Source: a virus
Lineage: Duplodnaviria; Caudoviricetes
Virus record (IMG/VR): IMGVR_UViG_3300048436_000037
Location: 1,619-65,618 of that record
Length of the DNA stretch: 64,000 nucleotides
Direction: 5' to 3' (one strand)
Numbering within the stretch: the stretch's first letter is position 1; each line of letters opens with the position of its first letter. The notes below the pieces were generated by a model, which was given only the letters and a program-made list of their open reading frames with translations, did no database searches and was not told where the DNA came from. Of this stretch, positions 1 to 6,885 are shown in pieces. The position numbers were made by a program, and so were the translations under genes.

Positions 1-501
1 ACTAGAAAAAATTTTGGTGTGTCTATGTTTCCTTTCATTTATTAAATGTTTTTGTTTCCCTGAATCAGAGAAGATTATATCATAATTATTTGGTAATGAA
101 GCTTTTAGGATCATATCTACCATGTTGGTGTAACTGTAAAACCTAACGTTAGGATTGCTTTTAGCAATGTCGATCCACTTTTTTAGATATGCACGAGAAT
201 AATAATCTCCGCTATCATGGACTCTGACGTAATCAGGTTTCTTCTTACGTATTTCAGCGTTCATAGCTTCAACAAATTTGTCAGTCTTGCTGAGTTGATA
301 ACGCTTTTCGAACGCAGGTTTTACGTTACTCCATATATAGGCTCCTTTCTTGGCATAACAGAATTTAACACAACTGTCAGCCATGGGGCACGTCAGTTTC
401 CCGCTAGCAGATTTGTAGGCAGGAATACCGAAGTTAAAGACCCGGAGCCCAAGTTCTTTTGATGTTTTTTTAAGTTTAGTATTTTGTGTTAATAAGTTCA
501 T
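1..501 (-). CDS. GP88-like Fe-S/radical-SAM-related phage protein (3' end runs off window; absent from ORF track)
   Basis: Manual translation from ATG at 501: MNLLTQNTKLKKTSKELGLRVFNFGIPAYKSASGKLTCPMADSCVKFCYAKKG...YVRVHDSGDYY; CPxxxxCxxxCYA and RVHDSGD motifs typical of the phage gene-88 family. Confidence 0.75.
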   Translation of the reverse strand, partial: MNLLTQNTKLKKTSKELGLRVFNFGIPAYKSASGKLTCPMADSCVKFCYAKKGAYIWSNVKPAFEKRYQLSKTDKFVEAMNAEIRKKKPDYVRVHDSGDYYSRAYLKKWIDIAKSNPNVRFYSYTNMVDMILKASLPNNYDIIFSDSGKQKHLINERKHRHTKIFSS

Positions 502-508
502 AATCTAT

Positions 509-778
509 TTAATCTAATAATACCATATAAGCTTCAACGTTATTTTTACGAAACCAGTTCAAAGCTTTTTGAAATTCGTCAACTTTTTTAGGTGTTACAG
601 TTTTAGGAGCACGTTCGAAAACCCACTGACAACCCATTATAAAGTCGTATATAGACAACTCTAAACCATTCAGTGTATAGCATTGACCGCTAAAAGGATT
701 TTGAACTTCTTCACCTTTATCGTATATCATACCTTTAAACCATTTAGGTATATCTTGTTTTTTAATCTTGTTCTTCAT
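509..778 (-). CDS. hypothetical early protein
   Basis: ORF track 509..787; second Met (778) taken as start; tightly packed in the minus-strand operon. Confidence 0.7.
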   Translation of the reverse strand: MKNKIKKQDIPKWFKGMIYDKGEEVQNPFSGQCYTLNGLELSIYDFIMGCQWVFERAPKTVTPKKVDEFQKALNWFRKNNVEAYMVLLD

Positions 779-1220
779 AACCTTCATCTATTAATTCGTC
801 AATAATTTGTTCTTCTAATCTTTCTGCTTGATACACAAACACTTGCTCGATAGCATAATCTATAAAGTCTGCTGCATCGTCGTCTACATATACATACTCA
901 GGATAATCTTCATCACCATTACTGCATTGTATAAACTCAGCAAGTCTGTCCGCTATATCAGTATCGTAATAGTATACATCTTCGCATATACTAATATTTC
1001 TAGGGTCATGAGCAGCAATCCATACACTGTAACCATCTGCTGTACTTTCTTCATAAATACTGAAGTCAGCGTCGTTATTAAAACCAGTAGTAAACTTAAC
1101 ACCGAAGTGGTTAAGTACTGATTCTTTTGCTAGCTCTTCGTTTTCACTTTGTTTTTCACCGAAACCTTTAGCTTCTAAACGTTCGTTGATTAATTCGTCT
1201 GTAATTTTTTTATTGCTCAT
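762..1220 (-). CDS. highly acidic hypothetical protein (possible DNA mimic)
   Basis: 152-aa ORF, very D/E-rich; function is inference only. Confidence 0.7.
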   Translation of the reverse strand: MSNKKITDELINERLEAKGFGEKQSENEELAKESVLNHFGVKFTTGFNNDADFSIYEESTADGYSVWIAAHDPRNISICEDVYYYDTDIADRLAEFIQCSNGDEDYPEYVYVDDDAADFIDYAIEQVFVYQAERLEEQIIDELIDEGYEEQD

Positions 1221-1461
1221 GTTTTTCTGGTATTAAAATGTTATCACCGTGTTTAAAATCCCAAGTAGATACTCTGTAAAAATCAATGTCAGCCCATACA
1301 TATAACGAGCTAACGTCACATATTTTTAGATCACTGTAAAACGTAGTACTATTTAGAGTTGCTATAATTGACTTAACAGACGAGCTGTAACGTTTTTCTT
1401 GTGAAGCCAATGCTTCTTTGATTTCAGGCTTTAGCCTTTCATAAATTGTTAATCTTGCCAT
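1210..1461 (-). CDS. hypothetical protein
   Basis: 83-aa ORF overlapping the downstream start, operon packing. Confidence 0.7.
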   Translation of the reverse strand: MARLTIYERLKPEIKEALASQEKRYSSSVKSIIATLNSTTFYSDLKICDVSSLYVWADIDFYRVSTWDFKHGDNILIPEKHEQ

Positions 1462-1466
1462 TTTAT

Positions 1467-1805
1467 TTAGTTTTTAATTGGTTTATATTCAGTAGTTGCA
1501 TAGTACTCACTTTCAACTTCATTTTCAAATTCCATTAGTAATTTCGCAAATGCACCATCACCATATAGTTTAACATATAGTTCTTCGAAGCCATCTGTTT
1601 TTACTCCTTTACCGTTTATTACAAATCTTTCAGAAATCTCTGTAATATCGTGGTCATACGCAGGTTTACCATCTTCACCTTCATTGATAATTTCTGATAC
1701 AACACTCCAACAGTCGGCATGTATAGAAAAGAATCCCATGTCTTTGCTAAATTCTGTGTAGACACTACGATCTACATTTACTTGATTTTTAATTACTTTA
1801 CTCAT
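1467..1805 (-). CDS. hypothetical acidic protein
   Basis: 112-aa ORF with AT-rich leader. Confidence 0.7.
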   Translation of the reverse strand: MSKVIKNQVNVDRSVYTEFSKDMGFFSIHADCWSVVSEIINEGEDGKPAYDHDITEISERFVINGKGVKTDGFEELYVKLYGDGAFAKLLMEFENEVESEYYATTEYKPIKN

Positions 1806-1825
1806 AATATTTAATTTTAAATTAG

Positions 1826-1899
1826 GTGCGCAGGGAGGATTCGAACCTCCGACCTCGAGTTTATGAGACTCGCGAGCTAACCAGCTGCTCTACCGCGCA
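1826..1899 (-). tRNA. tRNA with CAT anticodon (Met; Ile2 not excluded)
   Basis: Minus strand TGCGCGG TA GAGC AGCTGGTTA GCTC G CGAGT CTCATAA ACTCG AGGTC GGAGG TTCGAAT CCTCC CTGCGCA C; full cloverleaf; A11:U24 initiator-like but no GGG/CCC anticodon stem; no encoded CCA. Confidence 0.9.
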
Positions 1900-1901
1900 A
1901 T

Positions 1902-1929
1902 AGTGGACGTGGCGGGAATCGAACCCGCG
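1902..1929 (-). pseudogene. orphan tRNA/tmRNA 3' end (T-arm plus acceptor strand), truncated at the cassette array
   Basis: Minus strand C GCGGG TTCGATT CCCGC CACGTCC A CT; no matching 5' acceptor strand found upstream. Confidence 0.6.
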
Positions 1930-1964
1930 ATAAATTGCATTAAAACGCATTTTATCTTAGTGTT
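1922..1964. repeat. attC-like site 0 (compact)
   Basis: AAC ccg CGATAAATTGCATT aa AACGCATTTTATCT tagt GTT; its AAC is the complement of the GTT of the orphan T-arm. Confidence 0.6.
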
Positions 1965-1972
1965 GTAGTGCA

Positions 1973-2233
1973 TTACCTTTTTTCTTTAAGCCATCTTTTG
2001 TATGCGTTTTCTATCTTGGTTCGTTCCATTCCAGAGTACCATTCTATAAAATCAAAAGGTAACGTTCCCTCACTTTCGTTCGGCACAACAACACTATGTA
2101 TAAGTAATTGCTTTCTAACCTTATCTAAATTGGCTCGTGCTTCTGTTACATCAGTACCTTCTTGTCCGTGAAAGTAATCTTCCCAATGTGCTAAAGTATC
2201 ATCTACTTTTTCTAAATAATCTAATGTTGTCAT
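1973..2233 (-). CDS. cassette 1 hypothetical protein
   Basis: 86 aa; LLIHSVVVP is encoded by the arm of attC-like site A. Confidence 0.7.
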   Translation of the reverse strand: MTTLDYLEKVDDTLAHWEDYFHGQEGTDVTEARANLDKVRKQLLIHSVVVPNESEGTLPFDFIEWYSGMERTKIENAYKRWLKEKR

Positions 2234-2286
2234 AATCTATTTTGTTTAATTCTTAATCCCCGCAACTACTCATACATTTTAACGTT
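2090..2286. repeat. attC-like site A
   Basis: AAC act ATGTAT AAGTAATTGC (2090-2111) ... GCAACTACTC ATACAT tttaac GTT (2262-2286). Confidence 0.8.
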
Positions 2287-2294
2287 AGGTGCAA

Positions 2295-2585
2295 TTAGTA
2301 CGCACCATTACTAAACCAATATTTCGTTTCACAATCTTCGCAACAATGAACTTCTTCCCAATCCCAATAGCTACCATCCATAGTAGAACCTTTGCTTTCA
2401 TTGAAACATTTAGGGTATTGCTCGTTGTTCACTTCATATTGTTCGTCATTATCATTATGCCATTTACCGCAATTCGGGCATTTGTAATCTTTAACCTTAA
2501 CTGCACCTAACAATGTATATAAATCATTGCATTTAGGCATTGGTGTAGTTCCGTTCATTTTGTGTTCTAAATCTGTTAAATCCAT
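2295..2585 (-). CDS. cassette 2 zinc-ribbon protein
   Basis: 96 aa with CPNCG...CEDC; CNDLYTLLGA is encoded by the arm of site B. Confidence 0.7.
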   Translation of the reverse strand: MDLTDLEHKMNGTTPMPKCNDLYTLLGAVKVKDYKCPNCGKWHNDNDEQYEVNNEQYPKCFNESKGSTMDGSYWDWEEVHCCEDCETKYWFSNGAY

Positions 2586-2634
2586 AGTTCGTGTTTATTT
2601 ATTGGTAATGCAACGCTTCATATACTCGTCCGTT
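2509..2634. repeat. attC-like site B
   Basis: AAC aat GTATAT AAATCATTGCATT (2509-2533) ... AATGCAACGCTTC ATATAC tcgtcc GTT (2607-2634). Confidence 0.8.
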
Positions 2635-2658
2635 GGCACACATTAAAACGATGATGCC

Positions 2659-2947
2659 AACAACGTGTATAAAAAATAAATTTATTCAAGTTCTTTATCC
2701 GTTATTGCTTTGTACACGCTCTTTAAGTCTGCCATATCTTTAAGGGTTTTAATATAATACAAACCACCATCAACTTCACAGAAATGGCATAAATCCCATC
2801 TACCTTTAAATCTATTGCTTTTTATTATACTAAATTCCAATCTATCGCAATAACTACCATCGGTTTCTTTTCCGAATGTTTGCAGTTTATCTAAGTCTTT
2901 CTCTGTTATCATATCCATAAATTTACATTTTCATACACTTTTAAGTT
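2659..2947. repeat. attC-like site C (entire ORF inside the loop)
   Basis: AAC aac GTGTAT AAAAAATAAATTTA (2659-2684) ... TAAATTTACATTTTC ATACAC ttttaa GTT (2918-2947). Confidence 0.8.
2682..2918 (-). CDS. cassette 3 hypothetical protein
   Basis: 78-aa ORF exactly filling the loop of site C. Confidence 0.7.
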   Translation of the reverse strand: MDMITEKDLDKLQTFGKETDGSYCDRLEFSIIKSNRFKGRWDLCHFCEVDGGLYYIKTLKDMADLKSVYKAITDKELE

Positions 2948-3200
2948 AGCCACAATTATTAGCTAAAAAATCATTTACATCGCTTTCGTCTAATATATCT
3001 TGGCTATCTACCATACATTGGTTTACTTCTTCATTGTAAGCTAATAACAGTTCACGTTGTTGGCTAACATTGTGTATATTTAATGCCTTACTTATCATTT
3101 CCATTGCCATAGTCTGTGATATGGTGGTGTTTAACCAATTATGTTTGTACTTATCACAAACGTCATTGTATATTTGTTTTTGTTGTTCAGTATATTCCAT
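2946..3200 (-). CDS. cassette 4 hypothetical protein
   Basis: 84 aa; ALNIHNVSQQ is encoded by the arm of site D; stop TAA lies in the GTTAGCC core. Confidence 0.7.
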   Translation of the reverse strand: MEYTEQQKQIYNDVCDKYKHNWLNTTISQTMAMEMISKALNIHNVSQQRELLLAYNEEVNQCMVDSQDILDESDVNDFLANNCG

Positions 3201-3252
3201 TTTTATTAATTTTAGTTATTATTCATCGGCACTAATCATACACTTTTAAGTT
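3066..3252. repeat. attC-like site D
   Basis: AAC att GTGTAT ATTTAATGCC (3066-3087) ... GGCACTAATC ATACAC ttttaa GTT (3228-3252). Confidence 0.8.
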
Positions 3253-3421
3253 ATAAGCCATTAAAAGTGATGGTTGCACAATTAAATAGCAAGTGGTAAA
3301 ACGCCCAGCACATTGAAGCTGCAAGAAGTATACTACCCACACTGTAATTCTCTTTTTTTGTAAGCGGTGTAAGAGTTCTTATCACAGCCAATGCAAATAC
3401 AATAATCATTAATTCGTTCAT
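3251..3421 (-). CDS. cassette 5 small membrane protein (56 aa, absent from ORF track)
   Basis: MNELMIIVFALAVIRTLTPLTKKENYSVGSILLAASMCWAFYHLLFNCATITFNGL*; two hydrophobic stretches; stop in the GTTATAA core. Confidence 0.65.
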   Translation of the reverse strand: MNELMIIVFALAVIRTLTPLTKKENYSVGSILLAASMCWAFYHLLFNCATITFNGL

Positions 3422-3444
3422 TTTTCTAATATTAAACGGCTTAT

Positions 3445-3531
3445 AACAAGGGCTAAAATTAATAGCTCTGTCAAGCCAATTACTTAATTGATTAGTTCAT
3501 TACTTAGGCTACTAATCTTAGCCAAACCGTT
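3445..3531. repeat. attC-like site E
   Basis: AAC aag GGCTAA AATTAATAGC (3445-3466) ... GCTACTAATC TTAGCC aaacc GTT (3508-3531). Confidence 0.8.
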
Positions 3532-3573
3532 AAAAATAACCACCTTCTTGCAATCTAATCCAAGCCGGGTTTA

Positions 3574-3674
3574 GTAACTAGTGAGGATTCGAACCTCATA
3601 CCCGTCGGTAGCCATAGTCATTATAGGCTCGTGAAAACGTTTACCTACTTCAGTACTAAACCTGACCTAGTTGC
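3574..3674 (-). ncRNA. tRNA-like element (canonical T-arm and acceptor, aberrant body)
   Basis: Minus strand GCAACTAG...TGAGG TTCGAAT CCTCA CTAGTTAC; internal TCAG/CTGA and GTAGGT/GCCTAT stems; about 100 nt. Confidence 0.5.
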
Positions 3675-3689
3675 CGGCTATTGTGTGAT

Positions 3690-3920
3690 CACTAATCGTA
3701 TCTTTCGCCATCGGTTTTCGTATTTTCTTGAGAGCTATATACCGTAAAACTCTAGTTAGCTATTCGCTTATGTTGTAACTGCACGTCATTTACCGGTGTG
3801 TACCCTGACTTATGTTACACTAATTAAGCTACTCGTCTAGCAATAAACACATTAGAGGATCTTCGTTAGCTTAACTACTTAAAATACCGTAGCCGTACTA
3901 AGCCCTCCACCGTGTTTAAT
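3690..3920 (-). ncRNA. putative structured non-coding RNA region
   Basis: No ORF in track; minus-strand stems AAACAC/GTGTTT, TGGAGG/CCTCTA, GCTTAG/TTAAGC, TAGCT/AGCTA, TGTAAC/GTTACA, GTCA/TGAC. Confidence 0.35.
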
Positions 3921-3922
3921 TT

Positions 3923-4408
3923 TTATACTTTTTTATACTCTATACCGTTGATTACTATGTAATCTTCGTTTACTTTTGTAACATACTCCCAAGTTGGTCT
4001 TGGTTCTATGTCTGTATTTTTTAATAAATACTCTTTTAGAAATACAAGTCTAGTTAACTCGTTGGTAATCAATACTCTTTTGACACCTGCATCATACTTA
4101 TTTACTTTTGTTTTACCATTTTCGTCGATAGTTACCCAATATACTGGAGCTTTTCGCTGTGGATTTAGTTGATAGCAAGACATCTCACCGAACCTAGTGC
4201 GTATTATTCTACGCACCATACCTGATTTATAAGAAGCAAACTTAGATACATCACCATTGCTTGCTGTTACCTCGAACATAGTTGTACCGTTTTTTAATTG
4301 GGTAGGTGTTGTTACTTCTTTAACTGCTGGATATTCTCTTAAGAATATTGCTTTGTAATCGTCTACTAATCTTTGTTGCTGTTGTTGATATTGTTCTGCG
4401 TAAGTCAT
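3923..4408 (-). CDS. hypothetical protein
   Basis: ORF track 3923..4438; MTYAEQ start at 4408 abuts the upstream stop. Confidence 0.7.
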   Translation of the reverse strand: MTYAEQYQQQQQRLVDDYKAIFLREYPAVKEVTTPTQLKNGTTMFEVTASNGDVSKFASYKSGMVRRIIRTRFGEMSCYQLNPQRKAPVYWVTIDENGKTKVNKYDAGVKRVLITNELTRLVFLKEYLLKNTDIEPRPTWEYVTKVNEDYIVINGIEYKKV

Positions 4409-4409
4409 A

Positions 4410-4598
4410 TTATCTTCGTCTTTGTGATTTATGTACAAGCGCGCTTAGCTCTTGGCTTACTATTTGAATTGTGTTACCTGTTTTGTGGTAAGTAATTGGA
4501 ACATAAGAATGTTTTTTTACTTCAGAACAAGGAGGACATGTTTTATATCCTAAGTTTAATCGATAAGGGTGGACTTCGTCGCCGCATTTACAGTACAT
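4410..4598 (-). CDS. DksA/TraR-like C4 zinc-finger protein
   Basis: MYCKCGDEVHPYRLNLGYKTCPPC resembles the CxxCG..I...RL......C..C pattern. Confidence 0.55.
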   Translation of the reverse strand: MYCKCGDEVHPYRLNLGYKTCPPCSEVKKHSYVPITYHKTGNTIQIVSQELSALVHKSQRRR

Positions 4599-4626
4599 AG
4601 TTTATTATTTTTATTTGTTACATATA

Positions 4627-4659
4627 TATTATCCAGTAGTAATTTTATTTTGTTTGTAA
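4627..4659 (-). promoter_or_regulatory. early promoter-like motif copy 1
   Basis: Minus strand TTACAAACA-N16-GGATAATA, intergenic upstream of 4598. Confidence 0.75.
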
Positions 4660-4863
4660 TTAATCACACTCGTAATACTTTCTTTTAATAGACATATACA
4701 TTTTTTCAACAGCTAAGAACATAACCATATCGTGTAGCTCTTTATAGTCGTCTCCACTTACAGGTTGATCCGCTATTTGCCAATCAATGCTGTCTTCCAT
4801 TAATTCTTTAGTGACGTCAGCAACACCTTGTGCTATTTCGTCTATTTCTTTTATTTTACTCAT
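4660..4863 (-). CDS. hypothetical protein
   Basis: 67-aa ORF in operon. Confidence 0.65.
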   Translation of the reverse strand: MSKIKEIDEIAQGVADVTKELMEDSIDWQIADQPVSGDDYKELHDMVMFLAVEKMYMSIKRKYYECD

Positions 4864-4987
4864 CTCTTCTGGTTTATTAGTTCTTCAACTTCACAGAATA
4901 ACATTTCATCTATATCTGCTCTAGTGTAATACTCTTTGCATAGCTCGTATGCTAAATCCCATGGATTTTTAACTGGTTGATTGTTCA

Positions 4988-5200
4988 TTATAAATATTTT
5001 TTAACTCTTTCTTTTATTAATAGTATATCTCTGTCTGTTATATACATAGCTTGCTCGTATTCTAAAGTGTTACTTATAATACTGCTAAAATTTTCCCACA
5101 TCTTTAAATCCATTTGCATAGCAATAGAATCTATATGTTCTTCTGATAAGGTCTGCTTATCTTCTTGTATTTCGTGCCATTTTTTTACTGAATCACTCAT
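4988..5200 (-). CDS. hypothetical protein
   Basis: 70-aa ORF in operon. Confidence 0.65.
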   Translation of the reverse strand: MSDSVKKWHEIQEDKQTLSEEHIDSIAMQMDLKMWENFSSIISNTLEYEQAMYITDRDILLIKERVKKYL

Positions 5201-5312
5201 ATTATATTATTTTATTAATTCTTCTAATTTTTCAATGAAGCCAGGATATTCTGATCTCATATCCTCGCCGTATAGTTCATACCATGTATTATCTATTATA
5301 CTTATATCTTCT

Positions 5313-5519
5313 TTATGCATCTTGGTATTTTTTAAGTGTCATGTCATTTACTTTATCAATGATCTCATTACCTACCATAGTGAAGTAACCTTGTGCAAAA
5401 ATAGATCTTTTCCCGTCAGCCTCAGCTGCTTTAACATCTTCTTCTGCTTGTTCGATAGCGGATTTTAACGCTGTTTGGATGAAATACTTTTCAAATCCAT
5501 TAAATTTAGTTTTACTCAT
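5313..5519 (-). CDS. hypothetical protein
   Basis: 68-aa ORF, TAATG coupling with upstream gene. Confidence 0.7.
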   Translation of the reverse strand: MSKTKFNGFEKYFIQTALKSAIEQAEEDVKAAEADGKRSIFAQGYFTMVGNEIIDKVNDMTLKKYQDA

Positions 5520-5785
5520 TACAGTGTCTTTTTTATTATTAATAGTTGTTTTGTGTCAAACTTCTTGTGAGTTTCTTGCCACATACGGTTGTGGGTGAAC
5601 TTTCTAGCTTTTGCGAAGTTAGATTTCTGACGAGTTGTAATACTATTGTATTCTTTGTCAGTTAGTCCACCACATACACCGTCTGCTCGAACAGCACGTC
5701 TATGCCCGTCTGCTCGTATTTGTTTTTGTAGTTCCGAGTAAGCTAGTAGCTCTTTCATAGTTCTCGGATTAGATATTACGCCCAT
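5519..5785 (-). CDS. hypothetical basic protein
   Basis: 88-aa ORF overlapping neighbours. Confidence 0.65.
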   Translation of the reverse strand: MGVISNPRTMKELLAYSELQKQIRADGHRRAVRADGVCGGLTDKEYNSITTRQKSNFAKARKFTHNRMWQETHKKFDTKQLLIIKKTL

Positions 5786-5970
5786 GGATTAGTAGATTTT
5801 TCAACATAAGTTAAACCTTTGTAGTTGAACCATTGAATAATACCTTCTTGATCTTTATTCTCATCATAGATGAAGGCAAATCTTTTTGGTAGATTACCTA
5901 CAGTATAGCCTTTGTAGGTTATACCATTAAGTTTTATTGTACTTGAATTTTGAAATTTAATTGTCTGCAT
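5776..5970 (-). CDS. hypothetical protein
   Basis: 64-aa ORF directly downstream of promoter motif. Confidence 0.7.
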   Translation of the reverse strand: MQTIKFQNSSTIKLNGITYKGYTVGNLPKRFAFIYDENKDQEGIIQWFNYKGLTYVEKSTNPWA

Positions 5971-5996
5971 AGTTTATTATTTATTATTTACATTTA

Positions 5997-6029
5997 TATT
6001 ATCCAATAGTAATATTATTTTGTTTGTAA
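5997..6029 (-). promoter_or_regulatory. early promoter-like motif copy 2
   Basis: TTACAAACA-N16-GGATAATA. Confidence 0.75.
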
Positions 6030-6032
6030 CTT

Positions 6033-6275
6033 TTATTGATTTATAGTTACTTCAACCCAACCTTTTTCGCTATGACCTGAGTACACACTTAGACCATCAT
6101 TTGTTAGTATTTCCTCTAGTTTCTGTGCTGCTCGCCAAAGACTTGGTTCAGGCATCTCGTCATGCTCGTCGTCATACATTACTTCACCACGACACTGATA
6201 AAACACATCGTTCCAATCATTTTCCACTAGTTCGAAATCCCATCCATTTACTGTAATTCTTTCTGCTAAATCCAT
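6033..6275 (-). CDS. hypothetical acidic protein
   Basis: 80-aa ORF, TAATG coupling. Confidence 0.7.
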   Translation of the reverse strand: MDLAERITVNGWDFELVENDWNDVFYQCRGEVMYDDEHDEMPEPSLWRAAQKLEEILTNDGLSVYSGHSEKGWVEVTINQ

Positions 6276-6460
6276 TAATTTTTAAATATTATATTAGTTA
6301 AATCCTTTATTAAATCTTCTTCTGAATCGTCACCTTCTGGTATACAATCCATTTCTACAAACAACTCGATCTTTTGAATAGTTTTCTCTTTGCTTAAATA
6401 GCAACTTATAAATTTAAAGTAATTTATAGTTTCCTCGTCCCACTTTATTGTATTTTCCAT
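6275..6460 (-). CDS. hypothetical protein
   Basis: 61-aa ORF. Confidence 0.65.
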   Translation of the reverse strand: MENTIKWDEETINYFKFISCYLSKEKTIQKIELFVEMDCIPEGDDSEEDLIKDLTNIIFKN

Positions 6461-6576
6461 ATTATCTTCTTATTGCATAAGATGCAGCGGCACCTAACTC
6501 TGTTAATACTTTGTTGACTCTTTTTAGTACTAATAGTACTTTGTGTGAAAATTTTATCATTGTTATTAGTTTATTA

Positions 6577-6609
6577 TATTATCCAATAGTTATTATTATT
6601 TGTTTGTAA
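6577..6609 (-). promoter_or_regulatory. early promoter-like motif copy 3
   Basis: TTACAAACA-N16-GGATAATA. Confidence 0.75.
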
Positions 6610-6612
6610 TTC

Positions 6613-6885
6613 TTAATCGCCTGTATACTCGCCTGAGTATGTATTAGAATACCAATCTCTTCGCGCTTCGTGCACTAGATCTTGTATTTGTAATAGATCT
6701 TGTCTTTGATCGATCAAGTAATCTATTTCATCTTGCATATCTTGCTCACTTAGTTTAGTAAACATACTTGTTTCTAAACCATCTAGTAAGTTTCTGTCGT
6801 TGCAGTGATAATTATCGTACTTGATACCATTCCAAGTCTCGCTTAGTATATAAGTATACTCTATATTTCTGTAAGTTTTAGTCAT
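6613..6885 (-). CDS. hypothetical protein
   Basis: 90-aa ORF. Confidence 0.7.
   Translation of the reverse strand: MTKTYRNIEYTYILSETWNGIKYDNYHCNDRNLLDGLETSMFTKLSEQDMQDEIDYLIDQRQDLLQIQDLVHEARRDWYSNTYSGEYTGD

Larger units (their letters stand above)
1922..3531. mobile_element. integron-like gene-cassette array without integrase (CALIN-like): 6 attC-like sites, 5 cassettes
   Basis: Six AAC-N3-box...box'-N4-6-GTT inverted repeats; the flank after each GTT is the reverse complement of the flank before the next AAC; one ORF per unit. Confidence 0.8.

Noticed and set aside
1902-2300. Full-length tmRNA gene
   Set aside because: Only the 3' T-arm/acceptor is present; the upstream sequence is cassette DNA with no matching 5' end or tag ORF
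1922-3531. CRISPR array or REP/MITE interpretation of the repeats
   Set aside because: Units are inverted repeats with covarying sequence and gene-sized loops, not identical direct repeats with 30-40 nt spacers; no cas genes, target-site duplications or transposase
3860-3920. Twister ribozyme (GTGGAGGG, TAAC on minus strand)
   Set aside because: The GGAGG is better explained by pairing with CCTCT, and the GUCCCAAGC-type core is absent
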